The notes: generated from the letters alone by a model not told the origin. 64,000 bases of DNA from Lama glama (GCA_028534125.1 CM052816.1:93746001-93810000), one strand, 5' to 3'. Shown: positions 1-12,804, numbered from the stretch's first letter. Program-made: numbers and translations.

Positions 1-1521
1 TCTGTCTGAGCACCAGTGTCAGCTAATAGAAAGTCACAGCTATAACATACTTTGGAAAGTTTTATATTTTGTAATCAGAGTTGAGGGCACTAATGGGTCA
101 GTGGTGAGAATCCTCAGCTGCTGGCATATTCATTGTTCCATGACCAGAGATAACATTAAAATTTATATGCATGGAATAAGAACAGATTCATTCATCTTTG
201 TAGTCATAAAGTATAGTTACCAAGCAACACTCCTCCACAGAAATCCCTCGGTGAGACTGGCCTGTCTTGCATTCTTCTGAAGACTTGAATATCTGGCTGT
301 GCCCCCTAGAGTTGCATTACTAAAATAAGAAAACACATTTTCTAAACATTTGAATTTCTCAAACAATGGCTCTTTTAGTTCTCTCAGAAGCTGAAATGCA
401 ATGCATGGTATTCAGTGATATAAGCCAAGAATGGAATCTATAAAGATGCAAATGTCATGTAGAAAATTGGGAGCAAATACTCAGACTTCGAGATAAAGGG
501 AGATAGAGCTTTAGCTCTGTGAAAACAAGGACAGTCCTTCAATGTGAAAAACATTGGGTTTTGCTATTTTGCAACTAGTCTATCTGAGGAGCTGGTGTGA
601 CTTTAATAAAGCTTTAAGAGCTCTGGGGAAGAGGGACATTGAAATTGATGTACTATATATTTCTGCAGGGTTGTCCTGAAAACTTAAGACATTTGTTTGA
701 CTGCTGTAATTGACCTCTGTGAAAGTTACTAAAGAAAAACTAGAACATAATATATGACGGATAAAGGGAAAAATTTTTTAAATCCCACAAGGAAATTCCC
801 AGTCAGGTAACTTCACTTGTGAATTATGCCAAGTGTTTAAAGAGGACTTAACGTCAGTGTTTTAAAAACTCTCCTGAAAAATCAAAGTGTATAGAATATT
901 TTTAAACTAATTCAATGAGGCCAGTATCACCTGGATTTACAAAAACCAGACGAACACGTCACAAGGAAAGAAAACTAAGACCTCATCAAAGTCCTCAACA
1001 AAATTCTAGCAACCCCTATGCAGTTACATGTAAAAGGAGTTATGCATCTGATGCCAAGACCACTCAAAGTGATTTACAGATTCAACAAGATCCCCATGAA
1101 AATGCCAGCTGCCCTTTTTGGATAAATTGACAAACTGATTCTAAAATTCATATAAATTTAAATGGATCAGAAGGCAAAACAATATTGATGAATAAGTATA
1201 AAAAAATAAAAGTAAAGAGGAAAAAATTGGTGTACTCACATTTTCCAATATCAAAATTCACCTAAAACCACAGGAATGAATACATTGTGATAAGAATAGA
1301 TGCAGAGATGAATGGCTTAGAACTGGAGGGGAGGGGGTCCAGAAATAAACCCTTAATGTATGGTCAATTGATTTTTGGTAAGTGTTGCAATATTTAAGTG
1401 AGGAAAGATCTGACTACTAAATGAGTGATGCTGGGACAACCAGATACCCATTTAAAAAAAAAAAGAACCTTCACTAGCCCTCATATCTTGTAGAAAAATT
1501 AACTCAAAATGAATCATAATG

Positions 1522-1687
1522 AACAGCAAGTTTATACTGTATAGCATAGGGAACTATATTCAGTATCTTGTAGTAGCTTATGGCTAAAAAGAATGTGAAA
1601 ACGAATATATGTATGTTCCTGTATGACTGAAGTGTTGTGCTGTACACCAGAAACTGACACAACAGTGTAAACTGACTATACTTCAAA
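1522..1687 (+). mobile_element. 5'-truncated lineage-specific L1 3' end with TSD
   Basis: Contains tatactgtatagcatagggaactatattcagtatcttg...tgtaaactgactatacttcaa, near-identical to the copies at ~6.4 kb and ~47.8 kb; flanked by caaaatgaatcataatg (1505-1521) and caaaatggatcgtaatg (1688-1704). Confidence 0.9.
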
Positions 1688-1746
1688 CAAAATGGATCGT
1701 AATGTAAGAGCTAAATTAAACAACTCTTAGGAGAAATAATAGGAGT

Positions 1747-1995
1747 TGTATGAGTCTGCTAGCGCTACCCTAACCAAATGTCATAGTCTGGGTGGCTTAA
1801 ACACAGAAGTGTATTTTCTCACAGGTCTGAATACCGAAAGTCCAAGAACAAAATCTTGGCAGATCTGAATTCTCCTGAGGCCTCCGCCTTTAACTTGTGA
1901 TGTTAAGCTACCTTCTTGCTGTGGCTTTACATGGCTTTCCTCTCTGCACAGGCATTCCTGGTGTCTCTTCCTTTCCTGATAAGGGCATCAATCAA
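1747..1995 (-). mobile_element. MaLR LTR fragment (MLT1B/C-like)
   Basis: Begins tgtatgagtctgctagcgctacc...ggtggcttaaacacagaagtgtattttctcacag, the reverse complement of the MLT1 LTR 3' end. Confidence 0.8.
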
Positions 1996-2479
1996 TACAG
2001 TGATGACTTTTTACAAGCAACATCATAGGCAGTACCATGAAAGAAATAACAGATAACTGGACTTCATTAAAACTCAAAAAGTCTGATGTGCTTATAGGGT
2101 AATATCAAGAGAGTGAAATGGTGAATCATAGACCAGGAGCAAATATTTGCAAAAGACACATGAGATAAAGAACTATTATTCTAAATATACAAAGAATTTT
2201 TAAAACTGAACAATGAGAAATCAGCCAGATTAAAAAATGAGTTAAAGACCTCAGTAGACACCTCACCAAAAAAAAAAAAAAAAAAAGGTGGCAAATAACT
2301 ATATACTGTTAACAAGAGGCACACCTGAAATAAAGTGGTTCAGTGATTTCAATGCAAAATAAAGGAATGAAGAATAGCATTAACCAGGTAAATGGAAACA
2401 AAAAGGCATCATGGGTCACAACCTTGACATGAGACAGAGCAGAATGCATATGCAAAGGTGTGAACTGTGCCTAAGGAGA

Positions 2480-3470
2480 GACGTGCCCTCTTACATTCTT
2501 GGCATTGCTGGTAAGTTTCTTCTCTCGTTTTTGCTGATCAGTCTGGCTAGATGTTTATTGTTATTGATTTTTTCAAGTGATCTTTTGATATCTCTGGTTT
2601 TTTCCTATTATTCTTCTGTTTCATACTTCATTGGTTTCTGCACTTATACTTACTTCCTTTTTTATGCTTCATTTGGTGTTAATGTGTTTGTGCTGTTTGT
2701 TTCTAAAACTGGTCATTTAGGTCACTCATTTGGGGGCCATTCTGGTGTGTAAATTACTTGGGATAACTGTTATCACTTCTGAAGCTAAGAAAGTTTTTTT
2801 TAGGGCAAGTCTGAAGCAGATTTTAGGCTAGAACTTAGCTATTAACTTTCTGAAGAGTTTACACAATACCCAGATTACTAGATAGCTTATTTTCCTCTTC
2901 TTGCTGAGTGTCAGAATATCCTCAGCCCTGTGTGACCTGTAGGAATTACTCAGTTCATCACAATTCCTCCTTGTGGCTCTTTCTCCAGAGTTTCTTCCCA
3001 CGTATGTACTGATCAGTTCTCAGTCAAAGAGCCTAAGGACCTCCTGCAGAGATCTCTGATCGTTTTCCCACTATGGCTCCATCCTCTCTACTCTGGGCTG
3101 AAAATTAAGCCAATTGGACCTGGACTGTGAATAAACTCTTTCTATTCAAATCAGCAAGACCACAAAGCCCTTTTGGTTTACTGTGTACTGAGGTCAGGAA
3201 ACTCTTTTTTAGGTAGCAGTCTAGGGCAATCCTTTCAACAATCACTATTCTACGCTTTTGCTTGTGCAGTATCTGAAATCGTCATTTTATGTATTTTATT
3301 TGGTTTTCTAGTTGTTTAAAGAAGAAAGGTAAATCTAGTTCCTGTTACATTCTGTTGGAAATGGAAATCTATCTTTATTTCTCCAATCTTTGTCTTTCTG
3401 TTCTTCAGAGAGGGTAGTTCCTTTAAGTCTGTCTTTAAGGTTACACATTATATTTTTTTATCTCCAATCT
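2480..3470 (-). mobile_element. Old L1 fragments (ORF2 5' part / ORF1-5' region)
   Basis: T-rich antisense L1 texture, e.g. ctgatcagtctggctagatgtttattgttattgatttttt and tgtctttctgttcttcagagagggtagttcc. Confidence 0.55.
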
Positions 3471-3475
3471 GCTAT

Positions 3476-3975
3476 NNNNNNNNNNNNNNNNNNNNNNNNN
3501 NNNNNNNNNNNNNNNNNNNNNNNNNNNNNNNNNNNNNNNNNNNNNNNNNNNNNNNNNNNNNNNNNNNNNNNNNNNNNNNNNNNNNNNNNNNNNNNNNNNN
3601 NNNNNNNNNNNNNNNNNNNNNNNNNNNNNNNNNNNNNNNNNNNNNNNNNNNNNNNNNNNNNNNNNNNNNNNNNNNNNNNNNNNNNNNNNNNNNNNNNNNN
3701 NNNNNNNNNNNNNNNNNNNNNNNNNNNNNNNNNNNNNNNNNNNNNNNNNNNNNNNNNNNNNNNNNNNNNNNNNNNNNNNNNNNNNNNNNNNNNNNNNNNN
3801 NNNNNNNNNNNNNNNNNNNNNNNNNNNNNNNNNNNNNNNNNNNNNNNNNNNNNNNNNNNNNNNNNNNNNNNNNNNNNNNNNNNNNNNNNNNNNNNNNNNN
3901 NNNNNNNNNNNNNNNNNNNNNNNNNNNNNNNNNNNNNNNNNNNNNNNNNNNNNNNNNNNNNNNNNNNNNNNNNNN
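3476..3975. other. Assembly gap, 500 N
   Basis: Run of exactly 500 N. Confidence 0.99.
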
Positions 3976-4882
3976 ATAAATAATATTTTATTTCATTGAC
4001 TTTGAAATGGCATTTAATGTAAAATTTGTCACTACCTGAAAAAAATAGTTCCGATTAAACATATGCACAACCTGACGTCAGAAATATTAACATGAAATCC
4101 GGCCATGTAACTCTTAAACTATGATCTACCTGTAATTAATATTCAAAACATTGATCTTTTTTCTGAAAATACAATAAATAATAACAAATGCAAATTTAAC
4201 ACATTTTTAAGGATTCCAGTAACTGAAGAAACTAAGAATGAAAGCTTCATTAAATAAATCTATGGAGATTATCTGAAAAACACAGTTCTTCTGGAGCTTT
4301 TGCAAACTTGAAGACAGTAACGATTAGTATGAATATTCTTAGATTTCTATGTAAAAATTTCGGTTAATCTTTCATTCCAAATCTGTGAACTGTATAGGAA
4401 CAGAAATACCAAGTTGCTTGCAGACGGATTTCTAGTCTACCAGTGATCTATGGTGAGTAGTCAAAAGTGGATCTTGGCTTCAAACCCCCAGTAGCCCACT
4501 GAGAAGATCCCTAGCTTTGCACTGAGCTTGTTATTTGCCAGTCCCAGAAAGCGTAGGTTTTAAACAGGGACACTACCTGTCCTAAAGAAATTTAAATTGT
4601 GATTTAAAAAAACATTGAAAACAGAGCAAATAGAATTAGAGAATGTATCTCCTTAGTGGTCCAAATGTTCATAGATTGAGTTGACATACACCATCCATAG
4701 GTCCAAATAGAGGGACCATGATGACGGCAAATATTTTAAGAGGTTTTGACACTTTTGTGTATAAGGAAATAAGATATTCAATGGAACAAGAAAGCAAGTT
4801 ATGTAGTGTAGTTTGGAGAGATATGGAGCAAGATTAGAAAGCTGATGCAACATGAATGACACATGGAGTGACAGTAACGTTT

Positions 4883-4923
4883 TGTGTGCGTGAGTGTGTG
4901 CGCATGTGTGTGTGTGTGTGTGT
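4883..4923. repeat. Imperfect (TG)n microsatellite
   Basis: tgtgtgcgtgagtgtgtgcgcatgtgtgtgtgtgtgtgtgt. Confidence 0.95.
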
Positions 4924-6355
4924 TTAAAGGTGCATCCTGGGCATTATTTCTGCAATTTAGTTTCAACTTTTCATCATTGAAATCAACAGTTATTGTGGTC
5001 AGCCTAAGAAATGATGACTCTACCTTGTAGGCCAACACCAGCAGCAGGTGAAACTGTGTAAGTGACTTTCTAAACCGAGCTAGAGGTTCTTTCATACATA
5101 TGGCACTTGATTGTTGGGATAAATATGCATGGGTATATTTGAGATATATGTTATATTTTTAATTTGCTGTGACCCATTTCCATTAAGCCATTTTATTAAT
5201 TAGTGTTGAATATTATTTATAAGTGTTTCTCATCTTCCCAACAGTTACCTAAAAATAAACAGAAGTGATGTGTTTTGTTTCATTATTGTATCCGTGTTCA
5301 GAATAAAGAGTTTAAATAATTAGGGGGACCAGGAGGAGATTTATAATAAGTAATAAGCTGGGCTATACCAGGAAAACATTATAACTATAACTTTTCTTGT
5401 CAATTTGATAGATTACTAGGTGTATTCCAATTTTCCATTCTGAATAATGAATTGAAGTTTTACAATGAATTTGTGTATTGACAATTCCAAATTTGGCATT
5501 TGGGGAAAATATATGCTTGGAGAAAGGTTTGGCTGAAAGTCAAATGTAAGCTTTTCTGAGTTATTAGAGCCCAGGGGTCTGTTCGAACACATAAAGTGCT
5601 TATGGGAAAAACATTTAAAATAAATATCCCAAGAACTGTGGGAAGGTTGAATGAATCTCCTCAGGTGACCCATCCCAGGAGTCTATCAGTCACAGTTTTG
5701 TAGAACCTGCAAAGCATCAAGAGGAAACTACAAAACTGTAAAGAAATGAACAAAAAAAACCCAGCATTATTAATCCCAACATGAAATCCAAGTTACTCAC
5801 AGTATCAGAATCCATTGTGCACGAAGCATTGAATTATACATTTTTTAAATGTTTCTTGATGTGTAAAAAGTATTGATTTTTTCTATGTTTGCTCACTTAC
5901 AAGTTAAAATAGACCAATTGTTTTAAAGGTTAAGAATTCTAATTTATGTACATTTCAAACTGAAATACCAACCTCTCATAAACTACCAAAAATAATGAAA
6001 CCTAACTTTATATTACTATATATGAAGTGCTTTATTAATATACTTTAGTCATAAATGTCCAGAACTATAACTTTAAAACTATTTATATTAACATTTTGGT
6101 TGAATATACATTAATTACCAATTTCACTTGCTACAGCATTTCTCTAAGTGCCATCATAATTACTTCATTGAAAAAGTTTCTCACTTATTATAATAAAGCT
6201 AGGCTTTTAAATAAAGAAAAGATAAAGGGTAACTTAACCAACTGATCAATAGTCATTCATTTAAGGCATTTAAATTAAGTGAATGTAGTTCAAGCCATTA
6301 GAATAAAAAGCAGAAAAGGGAACATTAGCAAGTACACATTTAAGTTAAAAAATTG

Positions 6356-6490
6356 TTGTAACCTACAGTGAAAAAGAACATGAAAACAAATATATGCATG
6401 TTCATGTATGACTGAAGCATTATACTGTACACCAGAAATTGACACAACATTGTAAACTGACTATACTTCAATAAAATATATATATAAAAG
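6356..6490 (+). mobile_element. Very short lineage-specific L1 3' end with TSD
   Basis: Same 3' terminal sequence as 1522-1687 plus an A/TA-rich tail; TSD aaaaaattg at 6347-6355 and 6491-6499, preceded by tt, giving a canonical TT/AAAA L1 endonuclease site. Confidence 0.9.
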
Positions 6491-7149
6491 AAAAAATTGC
6501 TTAGAAACAGAGGTAAATATACAAATTTGAAACTACTATGGGTATTCAACCACATATATGAGTTGTACAAAAATCTGACTGAAAGTTATTCTACTTAATG
6601 ACTTTATTATGACTATTGAAAAGGTGTTCAGAATTGTTGTTTTATATAAGGTCATATTGGAAAAGAAAATTTTAAATTGTACGGAAGATGATAAAGATGG
6701 AGGCTCTTCCTGCTTCAGCTGTAGGTAGCAATGAGGAAAATAAGAAACTTTACCTCTAAAGATTGCAGAGGATTCAAGTATGTTTTGTGCAAATAGGTGG
6801 ATCTAATTTGACTAAGGAAAAATGCCTGTGAACCCACAAGCAAATGAATTATTTGAAAATTCACTCTCTCATCAGTGAACACGCTATCACTTTACGCAAA
6901 CTGTCCCTCAGAGAAAGTATCAGGGATGCCCTCTCTTAATACAGAAACAGGGTAAGACCCTTAGTGAAACAGCAGGTGAAGGATAAAATGGCACGCACTG
7001 GGAAAATCAGAACAAAACCAGTTAGCATTATTGTACCCTACGTTTGCCATGTTTTCTTATTGTAAGAGTTGTATTAAGTAGGTATCACTGTAATTTTTAG
7101 ACAGAGCCTCATACAGGTTGGTAACTTGACTCACTGTTCTTATACTCCA

Positions 7150-7947
7150 GTGTCTAATTTTAAAACATGCCTGCAAGTTATTTGACACTCCTCTCATTGA
7201 AGATCCCCTACCCTCAAACTGGTTGGATTTGAAACAGGTTTAACCAATAGCATATAAGGAAAATAACAAAGAAAGTTTTCCAAGGCCAAGTCATAGGGGA
7301 CCATGCTGCTTCAACCACGTTTATTTGAATACTTGATCCAGAATGACCCCCTCCAATTGCCATTTCAGAAGTCTGACTGTCCATGCTTCAGAACCTGTGT
7401 GCTTCTATGATATCTTTCAGACGATGGCCAGCAACGATATTGCCGTGTTGAGAAAGTCATCTTGGGTATACAGCCCAGCCTAACCTTCAGATGACTGCAA
7501 AGAGCTGACATCTGCCTTCATCCCACGAAGGACCCAAACAAGTAAGAAATGCACAGACAAGTTCTTCCCTAATTCCTGACAGCTGTAGATAGAATTCTAA
7601 AATGGTTCCCAAGTACATCCAGTCTTGAGTACACACCCTCAATACTCCACTCCTCTTGAGTGTAGGCGAGAATTGTGACTATAATAGGATATTCAGTCCC
7701 TTGATTATGCCATGTTTTATAAGACAAAGGTAATAAGACAGTCACTCCTGTGATGATGCATTTTATAAGTTTCTGTGGTAGCTGAGCAGAGAGAGATTTC
7801 TTCTGTTGGCTTGGCAGATGGACGCTGTCATGCAAGACCAATTATTTCATGACCAGACTCCTGACTCACAAGAACTTTCTGATAATGAATGGTTGCTGTT
7901 TTAAGCTCCTAAGTTTCTGGTAATTGCATAGTAACTAAAAAAATACA
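7150..7947 (+). mobile_element. Two MaLR LTRs, nested or adjacent (MLT1F/G-like and MLT1E-like)
   Basis: ttatttgacactcctctcattga and ccagcctaaccttcagatgactgc; a second LTR start gtagatagaattctaaaatggttccc at ~7585; LTR end gttgctgttttaagctcctaagtttctggtaattg...aataca. Confidence 0.7.
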
Positions 7948-8719
7948 CTAGTGGCAAAATTATAAGAAATATAGTCATTTTAGCCTTTTAAATTTTTGTA
8001 ATTTGTTGCGACCATTAGTAAACAGATTGAATTTGGGATCATTCGCTCTGCGACAATAGTTAAAAGAAGAGTTCGATCTGTTAGAACTTTCTTCCATTGA
8101 GGAGAGTAGAAACAGGTCATTCACGAAGGTTTCCAATACCAAGGGGAAAGGGCTAACTTGGAGTATCGCTGTAGGATCCAGATTGATTCCTGGAACTGAA
8201 ACATAAGGTTTAAGACAGGAGAAAACGCAAGTCACATATTTGTCTACGTACTTGCCATAGAAATTCTTGAGAATACCTTCTGCAGGTTTATGACAGAGAA
8301 GACACTGAGTTCCTCAGCTCAGAGACTTACGCCTTCTAGTTCCAGCATCTCGGCGAAGTGTTGCACTGCTGGGCACACAATGAGTCTCCATGAGGAAATG
8401 GAAGTCCTGTCTCAAACAGAGAGCAGCTTTCTGCATCTCCCTTTCCTGACATAATCTCGTCACTTTCCCTCTGCGCTTGCCCCCAGTAGACTGTTTCCAC
8501 AACTTCCAGAGTCAAAGCAACCTTGTTTTTATTGCCACCATCCCCAGAGTGTCTTTGGTGATCAAGCAAAATCTCACCAGGCTTTAAGCAATTAGCTATT
8601 CGAAAAAAGGATTGCTCAGTAATATGGGAGGCACATATATTATCGCAGTGTTTTAAACAGATAAGATTTCAGGGTATTTTTAAAAGATATTTGAGTTGAA
8701 TGAACATATTGGAATGTGT

Positions 8720-9257
8720 TCTTATCACATTCCTTCCCCGTGGCAGTTGTAACAAATTATCATAAACTGAACGGTTTAAAACAAATCTATTCTTTCACAT
8801 TTCTGAGGATAGAAGTTTGGAATCAAGATGGCAGGGACAGGCTCGCTCTCTAGAGAATCAGCTTCATGCCTTCTCTCAGCTTCTGCTGTTTCTGGCAACT
8901 TTGTCTGTAGATACATCATTACAATCGCTGCATCCCTTGTACACTGATGTTTTCCTAGGGTGTTCACACTACCTCCCCTCTGTATGATTCTCTTCTTGTG
9001 CCTCCTCCCCTCTTCCTGTAAGGACACTAGTCATACTGGAGTAAGGTGGGTCCTTACAGGGTTTTTGCAGGTGTAAGTAAGATGTCAGTTGAGATGAGGT
9101 CATACTGGAGTAAGGTACTCCAGTATGACCTCATCTCAACTGACATCTTACTTACACCTGCAAAAACCCTGTTCCCAAAAATGTTCACACTCACAGGTAC
9201 CAGGGGTAAGGATTTTACCATATCTTTTGCAGGGCCGTAAATCAATCTACAACACAA
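8720..9257 (-). mobile_element. MaLR LTR (MLT1C-like) carrying an internal inverted duplication
   Basis: gttgtaacaaattatcataaactgaacggtttaaaacaa, gtaaggacactagtcatactgga and tactccagtatgacctcatct...aggtaccaggggtaaggatttt match antisense MLT1C-type sequence. Confidence 0.85.
9056..9172. repeat. Perfect 57-bp inverted repeat, 3-nt loop (agg)
   Basis: 9056-9112 is the exact reverse complement of 9116-9172, checked base by base; the ORF track shows the same peptide RVFAGVSKMSVEMRSYWS on both strands. Confidence 0.99.
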
Positions 9258-11283
9258 CCGTTAGGTATGTTGCCAGATCAGGGGCAGTGTTAAGGCTTAG
9301 GCAACTTTTGGAATAAATGGTCTGCGATGTTCAGTGTAAGGGGAACTTAATGTGTGGAGGATGAAGGATACCACCAACATTTTAATTTAATTAAGACTGC
9401 ACCCCATCAAGTACAGCTCCTCTCAACAGGGAGCCTTCCATGTTCCTCTTAAATCTGCTTCCTAAGTCATCAGTATCGTCTTAAACTTCATTCTTATTAC
9501 TACTGTCCTAAGAGTCTTGCAGAACTTCAAGAATGTAGTTTCTTGAATATGTTTTTGAAGTGTCTACAATAAAGTAAGAAAAAGGCAACAGAGTAAGCAG
9601 TAAAATGGGCAAAAACTGTAACAATCACTTGAAAACAATGTCAAAATGATACACATGGAAATAGATTCAAATATAAGCACTTAGATACACATATGTATAA
9701 ATTTACATATTTGTATATACATAATATATAAAATGTATTTTAGTCTATTTATTTGACATTTACATGGTACTAGACAAAAAGAAACAGGCACTTTTTTATT
9801 AATAAGGAAAGCTATATTCACTTTAATATACATGACTCTTAATCCTTGTAATTATTATTAATAGTTCAAGTTCTCATTATTTTGAAACAAACTATTTTAA
9901 TTCATGAGAATAGTACATATACAGATATGCCATTAAAATTTCTTACTTTGTGCATTTTGTCTCAAAATTTTATGAAGTTAAAATATTCGAAAATACAGAA
10001 AGTATGCATGAGTGTACTGGGTCAGTCTTAACTTCCTTAGGGTGAAGATTTACCAAATCAAGCCACTCCTTCTGAGGCAAAGAGAGGGAAATGGAGAAAC
10101 AGTGTACCCTCAGTTCTAACAATGGGTAAACCCCTGGACCACATGTGTTTCAGGCACCAAGGACTTCAGAGATGTGGGCTGTGCTATTTCTCTTGTTAGA
10201 AATATCCTTGCTTGCAGAAGAGAATCTTGGCAAATCTACAGCCTGATGTTCCATAACTAATTCTGGATGTGAAATGTTTTTACACCAAAGGAGAGAGATG
10301 CAGGTTGATGTCTGTTTATTTAAAGTGGAAATGCAGAAATAAATAATTTAAACCGACTGGGATGTTCATTTGCATCCCCATAAATATTTGAGAGGAAAAT
10401 GTCTTTTCAGCCGCATACACAAATACACACACAGAAACACTATACGCAAATTACTTGCTAGGGTTGTTGCCATTTTTACGTTCTTGCTCATCTTTTCAGG
10501 CCAGTGTTTTCGTCGTGTCAAAGTTTATCTTGACTTCACAGCTTTCGCAGGTGATCCGTCTGCCACCCAATGTTATTGTTGTTTGAAAGCTGCAGTCATA
10601 ATTGTTTTGGGGGCACCTTCCCCTACGAAATTGTGATGTAAAAACAAATTGTATTTACTTCAATTGTATTCTCTTCTTCTATTAACATTTCAAGCTGTTA
10701 AGTCTCTGATAGAGCTTAACTTTTAAAACCCACTGAAAGCAGTATTTAAAAAACATAGCTTTTCCTTTCCAAACTGCTGCTATAGGATATTAAAGAACTA
10801 AAGTCATTTTCAGATAATTGAACTTTAAATGTTAGATGGAGCCATCATTTCTTTTCTAGAGGTAAATGCTATCTTGTTCTTCTCTGGTAATGATGACTGC
10901 CCCATCTTTGCACAATTAATGAGGTTTTACTTTGTGGATGTTATGTGTATTGATTTTAAAATCTTTAATTGCTTCCTTTTCAGAACAACCAAGGAGAAAT
11001 TGCTTTTCTCTTTCTTCCACGTTTTCTTGCTTTGTATCTAGTCCCGAATAGCAATTCCACACAGACGAAGGACGATTTTAAAATACACCGTATATCAGAA
11101 ATAGTGACATTTAGTCAATATAGATTACCTCCTCTCTAATATAAGAATTATGTTATATGATTAGCAAAAACACAGAACTGGAATCCAGAATCAGATGTAG
11201 AACTAATTCTATTCAACTTTTGATCAAAGAATATTCTTCTTGCCGGCTCCCATGGAATGAATTCTTCATGCTCATACTTCAAC

Positions 11284-11334
11284 TTTGTTTCTTTGTTTGT
11301 TGGCTGGTTGGTTGGTTGTTTGGCTTGGTTTGGT
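11284..11334. repeat. Degenerate (TTTG/TTGG)n simple repeat
   Basis: tttgtttctttgtttgttggctggttggttggttgtttggcttggtttggt. Confidence 0.85.
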
Positions 11335-11799
11335 GATGAGAACATAAATATCTTATGGATGTATTATAAAATAGGGAAAATCAAAGTTAGTGATGTATTT
11401 TTCTTTTGCATTCCATTTACTTGATAGAATGGAGGTGGGAGGGCAGAAATTAAAAACTGTAAGGTTTTTTGGGGGGTATATTAGAGGGAGGAAAAATATC
11501 AAATTCCCTTTACTGCCTTGATCAGATCGTATTTTCTTCTTTACCCTGTGTTGACCATCTTCTCAGAAATCCATCTTCCTTAGTACTGGAGAGGACTCAT
11601 TCTAAAGTTAAACTAATCAGTGCCCACTGGGGCGGTCAAATAATTGCATTGACCATAGGCCTGAGCATTCTCTTCATCTTTATGTATATTTGCATTTATT
11701 GATTTATTTAATGGTGATTTGCAGGGAGGTCTGCATAATTCTTTTTTTTCAATTTTGAAAAGAATGATACCACAATTTTAAGATCTATTATTAGTGAGC

Positions 11800-12270
11800 A
11801 ATTGGTTTTCGCATTTTGGGGGCTACTTACTCTAAATAAAGCCACTGTGAATATTTACTGTGGACATATGTGCAAGTATTTTTGGCAAATATGTGAAGAT
11901 ACAGTGGCCGGGGTCTGGTTACTGATATTCAAATGTTCTGCTCTAAGCAAGGGATGGGAGCTTTAGTCACCCTGTGTCCTCACCCACTCTAGAAAATAAG
12001 AGATTTCTTAGTCTTTGCTCATTGGCTGCTTGTTGTAGTGTTTCCTAATGCTTTAATTGGCATTTTCCTATTTGTATTGAGCTTGGGCACTTTATCATTA
12101 GTTTCAAAGTCAACTTAAATTTTCCTCTTTGTGAAGTGCCTAGTCAGATCTCTTGATTGTTTTTTATGTCTTTCTCATACCAAACTGTAAAAACTCGTAC
12201 ACTGTGTTCATTATTGCCTTGTCAGCAATATCTGTGCAGATGTCCTAATTCCTAGGGCTCGTCTTGCCAT
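11800..12270 (-). mobile_element. Old L1 (L1ME-like) fragment
   Basis: aaataaagccactgtgaatattt...gtggacatatgtgc and gctttaattggcattttcc...ttcctctttgtgaagtgccta resemble the antisense L1 ORF2 end. Confidence 0.6.
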
Positions 12271-12804
12271 CTCTCTGTTGGTTCTGCCCTCAATACAGAG
12301 TGGTCTTCCTCATCTCAAGTCACTACGCATCCCCTTGAGATCACCACCATTTTTATCTACTCAGTAAAGTTTTCTTTGTTAAGTTAGCCATTCTCTTATG
12401 CCTAATTATTCTCTCCCTTTTTACTAAATCATTCCTTCAGTTTTCAAGCATGTTTCAATATCAAGATCTTTCCTGGTCTCTGTTGAACCAAGTAGAACTG
12501 TTGACATGTTGCATTTGAAATGGTTCTGTCAGTTTCCTTAGAAGTCAGATTGTGGCTAAAGTACTCATGTGGTGTTACCTCTTTCTCATCTACTTAGACA
12601 TGTTTTTGCCATTTTTTGTTGCTGTAGGTTTAAACCTGAAAGTGAATAAATAAAATATAAAAGTCTCATCTTCCTGCAAAAGCCTAGAGATACTGAATTT
12701 CATGGGATAATAGAGGAAGCAGTGCACATCTGTTAGAGCTACATGTATGTATACATGTTCCTTCTGTGTGAAGGATGTAAAGTATCAATGATGCAGGATC
12801 CATG

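Larger units (their letters stand above)
905..2310 (+). mobile_element. Old L1 (L1M-type) ORF2/3' fragments, interrupted by a young L1 3' end and an MLT1 LTR
   Basis: Recognisable L1 ORF2 motifs such as aatgaggccagtatcacc, gatttacagattcaac...aaactgattctaaaattcatat, ccagaaataaaccc...tatggtcaattgattttt and aactggacttcattaaaact; heavily mutated with no long ORF. Confidence 0.8.

Noticed and set aside
3390..3983. 197-aa ORF
   Set aside because: Artefact of translating through the N gap.
4073..4080. Isolated full CRE (TGACGTCA)
   Set aside because: A single 8-mer without promoter context is expected by chance.
9046..9316. Sense and antisense ORFs with identical peptides; terminator or MITE interpretation
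   Set aside because: The peptides follow from the palindrome. Both arms are MLT1 LTR sequence with no transposon TIR/TSD, and intrinsic terminators do not apply in mammalian DNA.
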